This document shows, one piece after another, positions 9,759 to 21,199 of a DNA stretch of 25,424 nucleotides. Source of the DNA: Ginkgo biloba. Lineage: Eukaryota; Plantae; Ginkgophyta. The number at the start of each line of letters is the position of its first letter. Positions within the stretch are counted from its first letter, which is position 1. The notes under the pieces are model-generated. The model saw only the letters and a program-made list of their open reading frames with translations. It was not told where the DNA came from and made no database searches. The DNA lies in contig JANKJI020000004.1 in the NCBI GenBank assembly GCA_024626585.2, positions 75,238,708 through 75,264,131 on the forward strand, read 5' to 3'. A program made the position numbers and the translations under genes.

Positions 9759-10539
9759 NNNNNNNNNNNNNNNNNNNNNNNNNNTAATCTTCTTCAAAGG
9801 AGAATATCATGCAATATTTTCATAAATATACAATTGCATAAAAATATCTTAGACTTACTACACATACATCACCCTAATGTGAATCATTTTATTTAATACA
9901 ATTAATTAAATATTTAAATTTAAAAAAATATAAAAATTCATGCATGGATCCTTATGGTTACACACATAGAATCTATAATTCAAAATTTTATTAAATAGAG
10001 TTTNNNNNNNNNNNNNNNNNNNNNNNNNNNNNNNNNNNNNNNNNNNNNNNNNNNNNNNNNNNNNNNNNNNNNNNNNNNNNNNNNNNNNNNNNNNNNNNNN
10101 NNNTTAATATTTGTTTCATACATAATAGCTATGATACCTATGAGAATATTCATTTGATATTGACTGAGGAATATTTTAAATTTTCTACTCTTTAGTGGTT
10201 TTAGGAAAAGGAAATGTGTAAGTCAGAAAACCCACCACACCTTTAGATAAACATATTATCCCAGAAAAAAGTTAATTGTGTTGATACAAAAATCCATTAT
10301 GCATGAAATAAAAATTTTCATGTCTTATAACTTCAAACATCAAATGAATTTCCTTAGTTTTATTAATTCAAGTTAGTGTTCTTCTAATTCGACTCCTCTT
10401 GATTGTGCAAACCTTATAGGATTTATTAAACCTCTTGTATAGACTTTAGATTTACTTATTTAGATGTAGTTGGATCTTCCAAATACTTCTTATTTCATTC
10501 AAAGGAGTTGTATCAAATGATCCCTCATCTAAAATAGAT

Positions 10540-10554
10540 CAATTGGTGTTAGAG
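10540..10554 (+). promoter_or_regulatory. Putative LTR 3' end (CA) plus degenerate tRNA-iMet primer-binding site
   Basis: CA at 10540-10541, a 2-nt spacer, then TGGTGTTAGAG at 10544-10554 (9/11 to TGGTATCAGAG), about 350 bp upstream of the gag remnant. Confidence 0.5.
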
Positions 10555-10879
10555 ACTTATTTAGGTTCTAAATTTTCTTAACAATTTTTTTTTCTTATTA
10601 TTCTTTTTATCTTAGGTTTACACTTATTTTCAAACATTATTATTCTTAAGATCTATAAGCAAGTTCATCCATGGATCTTGAACCTAAGACATTATAGAGA
10701 CATAGACTAAGGAGATCGAGCTTCTTAATTAAAAAAAATACTAATCTCCAAAGGAATATGTAATAATGGATTCTAAATAACATCAATACTTAATGGATAT
10801 ATGTATCTATATTTATAATAGATGATATTACAAAGTGGAACTTTTTTCAAGAATTCCACCTGCATAACTAGTTATATCA

Positions 10880-11600
10880 TTAGAGTGGATACTAAGATAT
10901 GACCTAATTCCTTTTGATGGTACCATATGTGATGACCATATTGATGTATGGATGTATATTTAGAGATTTATTTTTTAAAATTAGGGCTATAGATACAAAT
11001 AATCATGATTTTTCACAAAACTAAGGATGATAAGGCATGCACTCTTATGGTGGTATACCCTTTTTATGAGAATACATAACATAAAACATCATCTAGTGAT
11101 ATTAAAAGATGATATAAAGAAGTTAATTTGTAATAATTATTATCCTATATAATACCTAAAATAAATAAAAATATGTTAGCAGTATTTATGTCATTCTACA
11201 AGCGAGTTGGTATAGGATNNNNNNNNNNNNNNNTTTCATAAAATCAACATTTGACCAAGCATTGATGAGATAGAGGAAGTAATAGAGATTAAATTCATTA
11301 AAGGATTATTTTTAGTTCACCAATAAATTAGACCTCATACCTATTCAAGTCATGATAAATCATTTAATTATGGTTTGAAAGACGAAAGAAGTTGAATATA
11401 AATAATCTTCCTTTGAAATCATATTTTTCCTTCTCTAACTCATAGAATGGTAAAGGTTAATCTTATAATGGTGTTTCTCTAAGGGAAGATCATAAAACTT
11501 CTAATTATAAAGGATAAATAAATATTATAAATCAAATCAAGTTTTAGGATAACCATTGTTTATATGGCCACACGGAGGAGTATTTTTACAATCCCAAAAA
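10880..11600 (+). pseudogene. gag: Ty3/gypsy (chromovirus-like) gag remnant
   Basis: IPFDGTICDDHIDVW..KLRMIRHALLWWY..DDIKKLICNNYYPI*Y..*QYL, collinear with the better-preserved gag at 24742-25260. A decayed knuckle (HCLYGHTEE) lies near 11555-11580. Confidence 0.7.
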
Positions 11601-12934
11601 TAAGGTATTAAAATAGACTACCCCCTTTGTATAAGAGGATTATTATACCATTATTAGTGTTTATGGGTGAAGACAACTAGAAAATACTTTGACACTCACA
11701 AACACCTCTATATTATTAGTAGATACAAAGTAATGTTTTTTGCAAAGTGATCAAGCCAATGATCACTTAGTCTCCTTGATCTTTAATAAGAGAACTATGA
11801 AGAATATTATATATTCATAGATTGTTCATGACATTCAAATTCCCGCCCATCCATACCCTTTACAATATAATTTGTTATGGGTTAATATAGGAAACTCTAC
11901 CAATATAATGGATAGGATTCGTACCATTTAGTTTTCCAAGAAATATTATATTAATNNNNNNNNNNNNNNNNNNNNNNNNNNNNNNNNNNNNNNNNNNNNN
12001 NNNNNNNNNNNNNNNNNNNNNNNNNNNNNNNNNNNNNNNNNNNNNNNNNNNNNNNNNNNNNNNNNNNNNNNNNNNNNNNNNNNNNNNNNNNNNNNNNNNN
12101 NNNNNNNNNNNNNNNNNNNNNNNNNNNNNNNNNNNNNNNNNNNNNNNNNNNNNNNNNNNNNNNNNNNNNNNNNNNNNNNNNNNNNNNNNNNNNNNNNNNN
12201 NNNNNNNNNNNNNNNNNNNNNNNNNNNNNNNNNNNNNNNNNNNNNNNNNNNNNNNNNNNNNNNNNNNNNNNNNNNNNNNNNNNNNNNNNNNNNNNNNNNN
12301 NNNNNNNNNNNNNNNNNNNNNNNNNNNNNNNNNNNNNNNNNNNNNNNNNNNNNNNNNNNNNNNNNNNNNNNNNNNNNNNNNNNNNNNNNNNNNNNNNNNN
12401 NNNNNNNNNNNNNNNNNNNNNNNNNNNNNNNNNNNNNNNNNNNNNNNNNNNNNNNNNNNNNNNNNNNNNNNNNNNNNNNNNNNNNNNNNNNNNNNNNNNN
12501 NNNNNNNNNNNNNNNNNNNNNNNNNNNNNNNNNNNNNNNNNNNNNNNNNNNNNNNNNNNNNNNNNNNNNNNNNNNNNNNNNNNNNNNNNNNNNNNNNNNN
12601 NNNNNNNNNNNNNNNNNNNNNNNNNNNNNNNNNNNNNNNNNNNNNNNNNNNNNNNNNNNNNNNNNNNNNNNNNNNNNNNNNNNNNNNNNNNNNNNNNNNN
12701 NNNNNNNNNNNNNNNNNNNNNNNNNNNNNNNNNNNNNNNNNNNNNNNNNNNNNNNNNNNNNNNNNNNNNNNNNNNNNNNNNNNNNNNNNNNNNNNNNNNN
12801 NNNNNNNNNNNNNNNNNNNNNNNNNNNNNNNNNNNNNNNNNNNNNNNNNNNNNNNNNNNNNNNNNNNNNNNNNNNNNNNNNNNNNNNNNNNNNNNNNNNN
12901 NNNNNNNNNNNNNNNNNNNNNNNNNNNNNNNNNN

Positions 12935-15120
12935 CTCTTCAAGTTATTGATCTATAATATTAATCATAATATAATATTCCCTCTTTTCTCCTTTCAACAA
13001 GTTATATGTTGCTATCACAATAGGATATTTTTAGGCATAATTTTTATGGTGTCCCATATATAGGCTTTCTCACCAATATTTTCTTATCCTAAATGGAAGG
13101 AAAAAAATGTTTTTGATCTTGAAAGGATTGCTTACATATAGGAGATTAATATCAATCTCGTATGTATTTTATCAATTGTGAGACTTGGTCTTGTAGTTAT
13201 TGAATTTGAACTTCGTATTGCCAAATCAATTTATATTACTTCTTTATGGTATCATCAAAGTTATATTATGATAATAATTCCTTATTTGAACCCATCATGT
13301 ATTATTAAGTAAAAAATTAAATTAAGAAGGTATTAAATGAACTAGAGGAGAAAATTTTATAATTTCAAAGCGTAGAAGTAACAAATAGATAAGTATGCAA
13401 TGGAAATACGCTTTTAGGATGAAAGGATAGATCTCACAAAACCATTAGGATTAAAAACACAATCAAAGTTTAAAAAGTGGCTTAAGCACTTTGTGTAGAC
13501 TAAAATAGGGTCATGTGGGATTAATTTGGATAATTGAGCGCTAAGAAAAATTAATATATGCCTAAATTTTTTACTAAGGGTTAATTTTTTTAATTTTTAA
13601 TTTTTATTCAATTGATTGTAGGCCAAAAGGTTGTGATGGCCTCTATGCATCTTACACATCTCTTAGGGGGTTTCATAACTTTCTATATATCATGGATGGA
13701 TCAAGGGATATTTTATGACCTTATATATGTACATAAAACTAAAAAATATTTATACAATTCATTAAAAATTAATTGTTATAATAAGATTCCTTCAACGATT
13801 TTTGGAAAGAACACAACAGTTTTTATAAATTAAGGTTTGATTGAGAATATCTAAGCAGGGTTATAAAAATATGGAAGAAGTATATGAAAAGTAAAAAATA
13901 ATTTATGGAGATATGATACATTCTCTAAGGATTAGTTTCTCTTTTCAATAGTTTCATAAACTCATGTTCTTAACTGAGGAAATGAGAGGATTGCTTAGTA
14001 TATGGGAATACCATAGATAGGTCACCCTATCTATAAGAGGATGGAAAGGCATTAAAATTTGTTTATTATAGAATANNNNNNNNNNNNNNNNNNNNNNNNN
14101 NNNNNNNNNNNNNNNNNNNNNNNNNNNNNNNNNNNNNNNNNNNNNNNNNNNNNNNNNNNNNNNNNNNNNNNNNNNNNNNNNNNNNNNNNNNNNNNNNNNN
14201 NNNNNNNNNNNNNNNNNNNNNNNNNNNNNNNNNNNNNNNNNNNNNNNNNNNNNNNNNNNNNNNNNNNNNNNNNNNNNNNNNNNNNNNNNNNNNNNNNNNN
14301 NNNNNNNNNNNNNNNNNNNNNNNNNNNNNNNNNNNNNNNNNNNNNNNNNNNNNNNNNNNNNNNNNNNNNNNNNNNNNNNNNNNNNNNNNNNNNNNNNNNN
14401 NNNNNNNNNNNNNNNNNNNNNNNNNNNNNNNNNNNNNNNNNNNNNNNNNNNNNNNNNNNNNNNNNNNNNNNNNNNNNNNNNNNNNNNNNNNNNNNNNNNN
14501 NNNNNNNNNNNNNNNNNNNNNNNNNNNNNNNNNNNNNNNNNNNNNNNNNNNNNNNNNNNNNNNNNNNNNNNNNNNNNNNNNNNNNNNNNNNNNNNNNNNN
14601 NNNNNNNNNNNNNNNNNNNNNNNNNNNNNNNNNNNNNNNNNNNNNNNNNNNNNNNNNNNNNNNTAGAAAGTGTGTTATTTAATGGATGATAATTGGAGTG
14701 TGTGCACCCTTAGACCAATCACAAACTAGATAATTAATTAATTATCCTTATTCTAGTTAATTAATTACTCAAATAATTATTTGTCAATCATATGTCCTTA
14801 GTTGCACAAAACCTACAAAATAATGAAAAAAATTAATTAATTTATTAATATGGAGAATAATTAACTAAGTAAAGTTGATTGAGTGACATATCACATGATT
14901 CTTAGATAGGCTTTCTAGTTTGATGGAAAACCCATGTATGATAGTAAAACTAGCTAATAACTCTTGAATAATGATGGATTCACATTTCTCCTACCTTGTA
15001 TAGTTGGATAAATTGAGTTGGTTTCATAAAAAAAGGCCAAAAATATTATTAATACTACTCAATAATTCACCTTATTATTATTACAAAAATAAGTTGAAAG
15101 GGAAAAGTGCCTTTCAAACA
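12935..15120 (-). mobile_element. Probable nested insertion separating gag and pol of the + strand gypsy element
   Basis: Non-pol sequence lies between gag (ends ~11600) and pol (resumes ~15140). It includes a minus-strand coiled-coil-like stretch (YEVQIQ*LQDQVSQLIK, ~13165-13220) and an AT-rich LTR-like block at 14664-15120 ending ..CAAACA. Two large gaps obscure its structure. Confidence 0.35.
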
Positions 15121-15139
15121 TGTAGTTTTGAAGAGTATA

Positions 15140-17990
15140 TGAGATGCATCCTAAGTTTATATCTTTATTGAATACCTATTTTTATGTTTTAAATGTACTA
15201 AGATGATTTTACCTTCTTGTGAGGTTGAGCATGGCATCAACATCCTACATGCCTTTAATTTACCTAATGGACTATTCTACATCACTCGAGTTAAAAAGGC
15301 AGCTTCAATGGTTTCATGATAATAGAAACATTTAGCATAGTCCAATACCATATGGTTCATTAATCCTTTTGATTTTAAATAAGGATAGTATATGGAGAGT
15401 TTTATTAAATTGTCATGCACACAATAACACCATAGTTTTATTCTATATAAGCAGATGGTCATACCTTTTATCTTAACCAATAAACTAACTCCTTTTACAA
15501 GGATAATAAATGAAATGTGTAGGCCCTTTTTGGATTTATTTATGGCGGTTTAATTTCATGATAGTCTCATTTTTAATATATTATGAATAGAGCATCTTGA
15601 ACACATAAAATTACTTTTAGATCAATTATGAAACTATGGATTTTCTTCCAATATGACCAAGTGTGATTTTGGCCAAACATTAATCCATTACCTTAGTTTT
15701 ATATTTTACCAATATGGGATGCATATGGATCCTAAGAAGGTTCAAGTCTTATAGGATTATCCCCCACCCATGAATTTTACATGATTTTGAGGATATTTTT
15801 AGGTAGTAAAAACACATATAGGAGGTCTATTCCATTCTAATCACAATTTATTTTCTATTGCATGAGTGTACTAAGAAACTCAAACTTTCACTTGGTATTT
15901 ATCACAACAATAGGCTTTGGAGAGGATGAAGAAGTTTATTTATACTGCTTTAGTTTTGTCTCTTCTATATTTGAGCTTACCATTTGAGGTTGCGATAGAT
16001 ACTTCCTATACATACATATATATGTGTGTATATGTCTATGAGTGTATGTATGTGTGTATGTATGTATAAATACATACATATGTATACATACACACACACA
16101 CACACANNNNNNNNNNNNNNNNNNNNNNNNNNNNNNNNNNNNNNNNNNNNNNNNNNNNNNNNNNNNNNNNNATGTAATTAGAGTAGTGATCAAGCAAGGA
16201 AAAAGGCCTATTACTTATCATTTAAATACCTCCTCCACTACCAAGGAAAATTATTCCATACTCATGAGAAATAGATTTATGATCTTATATATGCTCTTAT
16301 TGGTGTCATTACTTGATTATAAGGCATGTGATTGTACATATTGATTATTAACCATTACAGTTTATTTTGATTTATATTTGGATCTAGAGGAATATATGTA
16401 TGAAGTGAAAATATTATCTATAGTAGTTCCACCTTATCATTTGAGATAAATAGGGGTTATAAAATAAGACTTCTTAAGAAGGAAACAAATTATGAGCCAT
16501 ATCACAATCATAAATACTAAGTTCCTTAGTTATCTATAATGAAGAGATATGCATGGGCATGATCTAGACTTTAAAGATATCTTGTATCTCTCTTCATCCT
16601 TCACATATCCATTATGATCATTTCTTGGACTATAATTTGGATGATGGTTTTCTCTATAGTTTGGGAATATTATGCGTTCCACATGGAGATGGTAAGGAAA
16701 AATTAGTACAAGATATATATTATTTATTATATGGTGGAAAATTTGGTGTTTCTAAGAATCTTTCTCACCTATATAGGTGTTTTATTTGACTAGGTATATA
16801 TAAGTAGGNNNNNNNNNNNNNNNNNNNNNNNNNNNNNNNNNNNNAGTCTTAACCACTAGTGTTCACTTTATAGCTAGTCAAGCTTAGGAATAGAAAAATA
16901 TATTTAAATTTATTTCAGTGAATTATCATCCTTAAGAATATATTTATATGGATTTTATTAATGGAGAACCTATGACTTAATGGTATCATAATTTTATATT
17001 TGTGATATTGATTGATTTGATAAAATGACATTTTTTGTTGCTTATGTTAAATCCATTAATGCTCTAACTACTTCTTAGTGCTTCTTTGAGCATGTATGAA
17101 CTCATTTTGAGATTCTTTTGGGCATCACCTTAAATAGAGATTCCCCTTTTTTAATCACTTTTGGCTATCACTTTTGAGATTTTGGGTCACTTATTTAAAT
17201 TTTTCCATTACTTTTCATCCACATTTAGATTATCAAATTGAGGTAGTGAACCATATGCTTATTCACATCTCATTCATCCATAACTAAACAAAAACCAAGA
17301 ATTGGGATCTATACTTATGATATATATAGTAGGAATACAATCTTTCTTTACACTCTTTGGCAATCCACTTTCGTTTTGAGGTTTGTCTTAGTTTTAGGCC
17401 CCTTACACCCTATAAGCTTCCAATTGCTTGATCACATGCGTCCACTTGTTATGAGATTTAAGAGTAGATAGAGCTAGTGCCTTTATTCAACATTTATATC
17501 ATCTTCACATAGGAATTAAAAGACATCTTAGTGAAGATTCAAAACATCAAAATGCATTCTATGAAAAATATAGGATAGCACATTACTTTCAAATGGAATA
17601 AAGAGGTTGGGTTTACTTAAATAAGAGGCATAGTTAGTCATAACTCCATTACAAACTTAAACCTATCAAATATAGGCTTTACACCATTATTTTAAATGTT
17701 GGTCCTAATGCTTTTAAGCTTGATCTCCCATCACACTTGGGTATCCACCGAGTCTTTAATATGGATAGCCTTAATTTATACGAGCCTCTTTCTTTGAAAA
17801 ATAAGATGGGCACACAAGTTATTTCATAATATAATGATCATCCTAAGGGATTCATTTTAAACATCTAGCTACTACTAAACTTGGATGCCCTCTATGACAC
17901 AACGATACTTATCACTTTCACCTTCTATCACTTCCTACATTATGGATAAGAAGGTTCAACTTCTATTCGAAATAATTTTCCGATAGGCTT
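15140..17990 (+). pseudogene. pol: Ty3/gypsy (chromovirus-like) pol with RT, RNase H and integrase carrying a GPY/F module, decayed
   Basis: RT: LPSCEVEHGI..LKRQLQ..PYGSLILLILNKDSIWRV; RPFLDLFMAV*FHDSLIF (YxDD position 15551-15562); KCDFG..MDPKKVQ. RH: PFEVAIDTS..QGKRPITYH. IN C-terminus: KLKPIKY..VGPNAFKLDLPSHLGIHRVFNMDSL. The domain order RT-RH-IN is gypsy-type. Confidence 0.9.
16007..16171. repeat. Compound (TA/TATG/CA)n microsatellite ending in a gap
   Basis: TATACATACATATATATGTGTG...CACACACACA followed by N at 16107-16171. Confidence 0.9.
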
Positions 17991-18027
17991 ACAACAAAAA
18001 ACTCTCACAATCTCATTCACACACGAA

Positions 18028-18336
18028 TGGATAATATGCAAACTCTAAAGAATATCATACACAATGAACTCAAACAACAATCAAACAAAGAACACGAGGA
18101 ATGTTAGGTGCAATCTTACACTGCTTCTTCGTTAAGCCTAAATTTATAGAAGGTTACAACAAATTGTATTATAAGATTTTTAAACTAAAAGCTCATGCCA
18201 TTCCTAAAAGTGTATGCTATATCTAAAATCTCGTGCTATGTTTAGCACTCACCTACAAGTTGAATTACAATTACTTTTTCCTAGAATACACATAATAATA
18301 AAATTAATTCATTGAGGGAAAACATCATCACTAACA
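18028..18336 (-). mobile_element. Ty1/copia 3' LTR (left boundary uncertain)
   Basis: On the minus strand it begins TGTTAG at 18336, immediately after the PPT. A TATA-like CTATAAAT lies at ~18142-18149, followed by T-rich U5-like sequence. An alternative end is the perfect inverted TGTTAG at 18102. Confidence 0.6.
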
Positions 18337-18347
18337 CCCTCCCTTCA
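18337..18347 (-). promoter_or_regulatory. Polypurine tract of the copia element
   Basis: The minus strand reads TGAAGGGAGGG|TGTTAG directly after the end of RNase H. Confidence 0.85.
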
Positions 18348-19061
18348 TGTTTACCCTCAATACACTAAGGAATAACATGTTCTTCACTAACTTGTCCTTC
18401 ACTAGTGGCTTGGTGAGAATATCTGCTAACTAATCCTCTATAGAGCAATATTCCAACTCAATCTACTTTCCTATAACCTATTCTCTAATGTAATGATAAT
18501 CAATCTCAATATGCTTTATTTTCTCATGAAAAACTAGATTCTTAACCATCTTTAAAATACTTTGATTAGCGCAGCACATAATTATAGGACCTGTATGCCT
18601 ATAATGTAGATCCTTCAAAACCCTGCGTAACCTAACTACTTCATGCATTGTTATCATTGTTGCTCTATACTCAACCTCTATAGAAGAAAGGGTTATAATA
18701 TGTTGCTTCTTATTGTACCATAAGGTTGCACCTAAACCCAAATGAAATATATAACCTATAGTCAATTTTCTATCTTTTAAAGAGTCATCCCAATTTGTAT
18801 CTGAATAACCTATTAATTGGAAATCTATATCAGTACCTAAATACCATATTCCATAGTCCATTGTACCCTTTATGTATCTAAGAAATATATTTTCTTCCAT
18901 CGAGTGCGAATATCTTGGTGATATCATATATCTCACCGCATTCCCAAAGAAAAATGAAATATAAAGTATAGTATTTGTTAAGTACATAAGCCTCCCAACT
19001 AATTGTCTATAGAGTGTATCATCAACAAGATCTAAGCCATCATTAATAGTCAACCTCAAAC
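18348..19061 (-). pseudogene. pol: Ty1/copia RT C-terminus plus RNase H
   Basis: ORF 18478..19059 contains YRQLVGRLMYLT..LRYIKGT..LIGYSDTNW..KKQHIITLSSIEVEY..HIEIDYHYIRE. After a stop/frameshift it continues IELEYCSIED*LADILTKPL. Confidence 0.96.
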
Positions 19062-19189
19062 NNNNNNNNNNNNNNNNNNNNNNNNNNNNNNNNNNNNNNN
19101 NNNNNNNNNNNNNNNNNNNNNNNNNNNNNNNNNNNNNNNNNNNNNNNNNNNNNNNNNNNNNAAGCCTTTATTTTTGTGTTATATAATTT

Positions 19190-20025
19190 TATTCATACTT
19201 AGTTTCATTCCAATAAATTAAATAGCATGTTCTATATTACCTACTCCTACGTGGGATAGTATCATTCATATTACTATTGTCGACTCATCAACATCCATTT
19301 GGAATTTTTCTTTCCAATTTAAAAATCACAAAATCAGTTCTTCTAATATATTTCAATTCAATAGATCAAAATATGCTTGACATTATCATGTATAAATGAT
19401 TAGATCATATTTTCTTAATATTGTTTCCATCAGGCTTGCTATCTTGGCATATCCTTTGATACATTTCCTATAGTATACATAATGTCCAAGAATTTTCTTG
19501 ACCTATGAAGTATTCACTAGAGGATCCAAATTTAATATCACTTGAACTTTATTAGGTTACCCATTAATCTTTAATTATACATAATGTGACCTAGTAATTT
19601 ACCATATAGAGTCAGTAATTGACATTTACCTAAATTAAGTGATATTTTAGTTTCTTAACATATTGATAACATGGCTTAAAAGTGATCAAAATTTTCCTTA
19701 ATGAATTTAAATATGATTGAATCATCTAAATATATATCTAAGAATTTATAGATGAAATCCTTGAAAATAATTGAAATAATTCTAGAAAAACAAACTGGAG
19801 CATTTGTTAGTCCAAATAGTGTATTATTATAGGCATATAATCCCCACATCATTGTAAGAGTGTTCTTTAATTAATCATTTGGATTAATATACAATTGACT
19901 ATATCTAAACAAAATGATATTTAAATGAATATATATTTATTCCTACCACACTTTCCAACACTTCTTTAGTAAACATGGTAAGAAATGGATCCTTCTTTAT
20001 TACACAATTTTTTTAGATTGAAACT
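19190..20025 (-). pseudogene. pol: Ty3/gypsy RT plus start of RNase H, decayed
   Basis: IKKDPFLTMFTKEVLESVVG..WGLYAYNNTLFGLTNAPVCFSRIISIIFKDFIYKFLDIYLDDSII (YLDD at 19721-19732), and RH-like DVDESTIVI..EHAI*F. Confidence 0.9.
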
Positions 20026-21199
20026 GGGATTTTATTATCAAATTTAATGAAATTACATCATAAAGTTACAAAACCAATGAATCATAACATGAGATACAAC
20101 AATCTCTACTTAAGATCTAGAAATAGAACATCAACCTATAGGATTGGAGTTTCTAGAGCTTCTACTCCTTGACCTCCCTCTTCCTTTGAATACCTGTGGT
20201 TTGACTCCTTTTGGAAACCNNNNNNNNNNNNNNNNNNNNNNNNNNNNNNNNNNNNNNNNNNNNNNNNNNNNNNNNNNNNNNNNNNNNNNNNNNNNNNNNN
20301 NNNNNNNNNNNNNNNNNNNNNNNNNNNNNNNNNNNNNNNNNNNNNNNNNNNNNNNNNNNNNNNNNNNNNNNNNNNNNNNNNNNNNNNNNNNNNNNNNNNN
20401 NNNNNNNNNNNNNNNNNNNNNNNNNNNNNNNNNNNNNNNNNNNNNNNNNNNNNNNNNNNNNNNNNNNNNNNNNNNNNNNNNNNNNNNNNNNNNNNNNNNN
20501 NNNNNNNNNNNNNNNNNNNNNNNNNNNNNNNNNNNNNNNNNNNNNNNNNNNNNNNNNNNNNNNNNNNNNNNNNNNNNNNNNNNNNNNNNNNNNNNNNNNN
20601 NNNNNNNNNNNNNNNNNNNNNNNNNNNNNNNNNNNNNNNNNNNNNNNNNNNNNNNNNNNNNNNNNNNNNNNNNNNNNNNNNNNNNNNNNNNNNNNNNNNN
20701 NNNNNNNNNNNNNNNNNNNNNNNNNNNNNNNNNNNNNNNNNNNNNNNNNNNNNNNNNNNNNNNNNNNNNNNNNNNNNNNNNNNNNNNNNNNNNNNNNNNN
20801 NNNNNNNNNNNNNNNNNNNNNNNNNNNNNNNNNNNNNNNNNNNNNNNNNNNNNNNNNNNNNNNNNNNNNNNNNNNNNNNNNNNNNNNNNNNNNNNNNNNN
20901 NNNNNNNNNNNNNNNNNNNNNNNNNNNNNNNNNNNNNNNNNNNNNNNNNNNNNNNNNNNNNNNNNNNNNNNNNNNNNNNNNNNNNNNNNNNNNNNNNNNN
21001 NNNNNNNNNNNNNNNNNNNNNNNNNNNNNNNNNNNNNNNNNNNNNNNNNNNNNNNNNNNNNNNNNNNNNNNNNNNNNNNNNNNNNNNNNCTTTCTTGAAA
21101 GTGTGTTGCAAACCATATACTCACTTGATTGCTCAAAGTAAAATCAAACCATTGTAACTTATTTTCTTCATTTGTAACTTTAGTTATCCATTTAAACCA

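Noticed and set aside
15094-15117. TTGAAAGG/CCTTTCAA 8-bp inverted repeat as a terminator
   Set aside because: Short, AT-rich and without a U-tract; it lies at a probable LTR edge and is expected by chance.
15936-16344. ORFs with CVCVC/HTHTH peptides as metal-binding proteins
   Set aside because: They are translations of the microsatellite.
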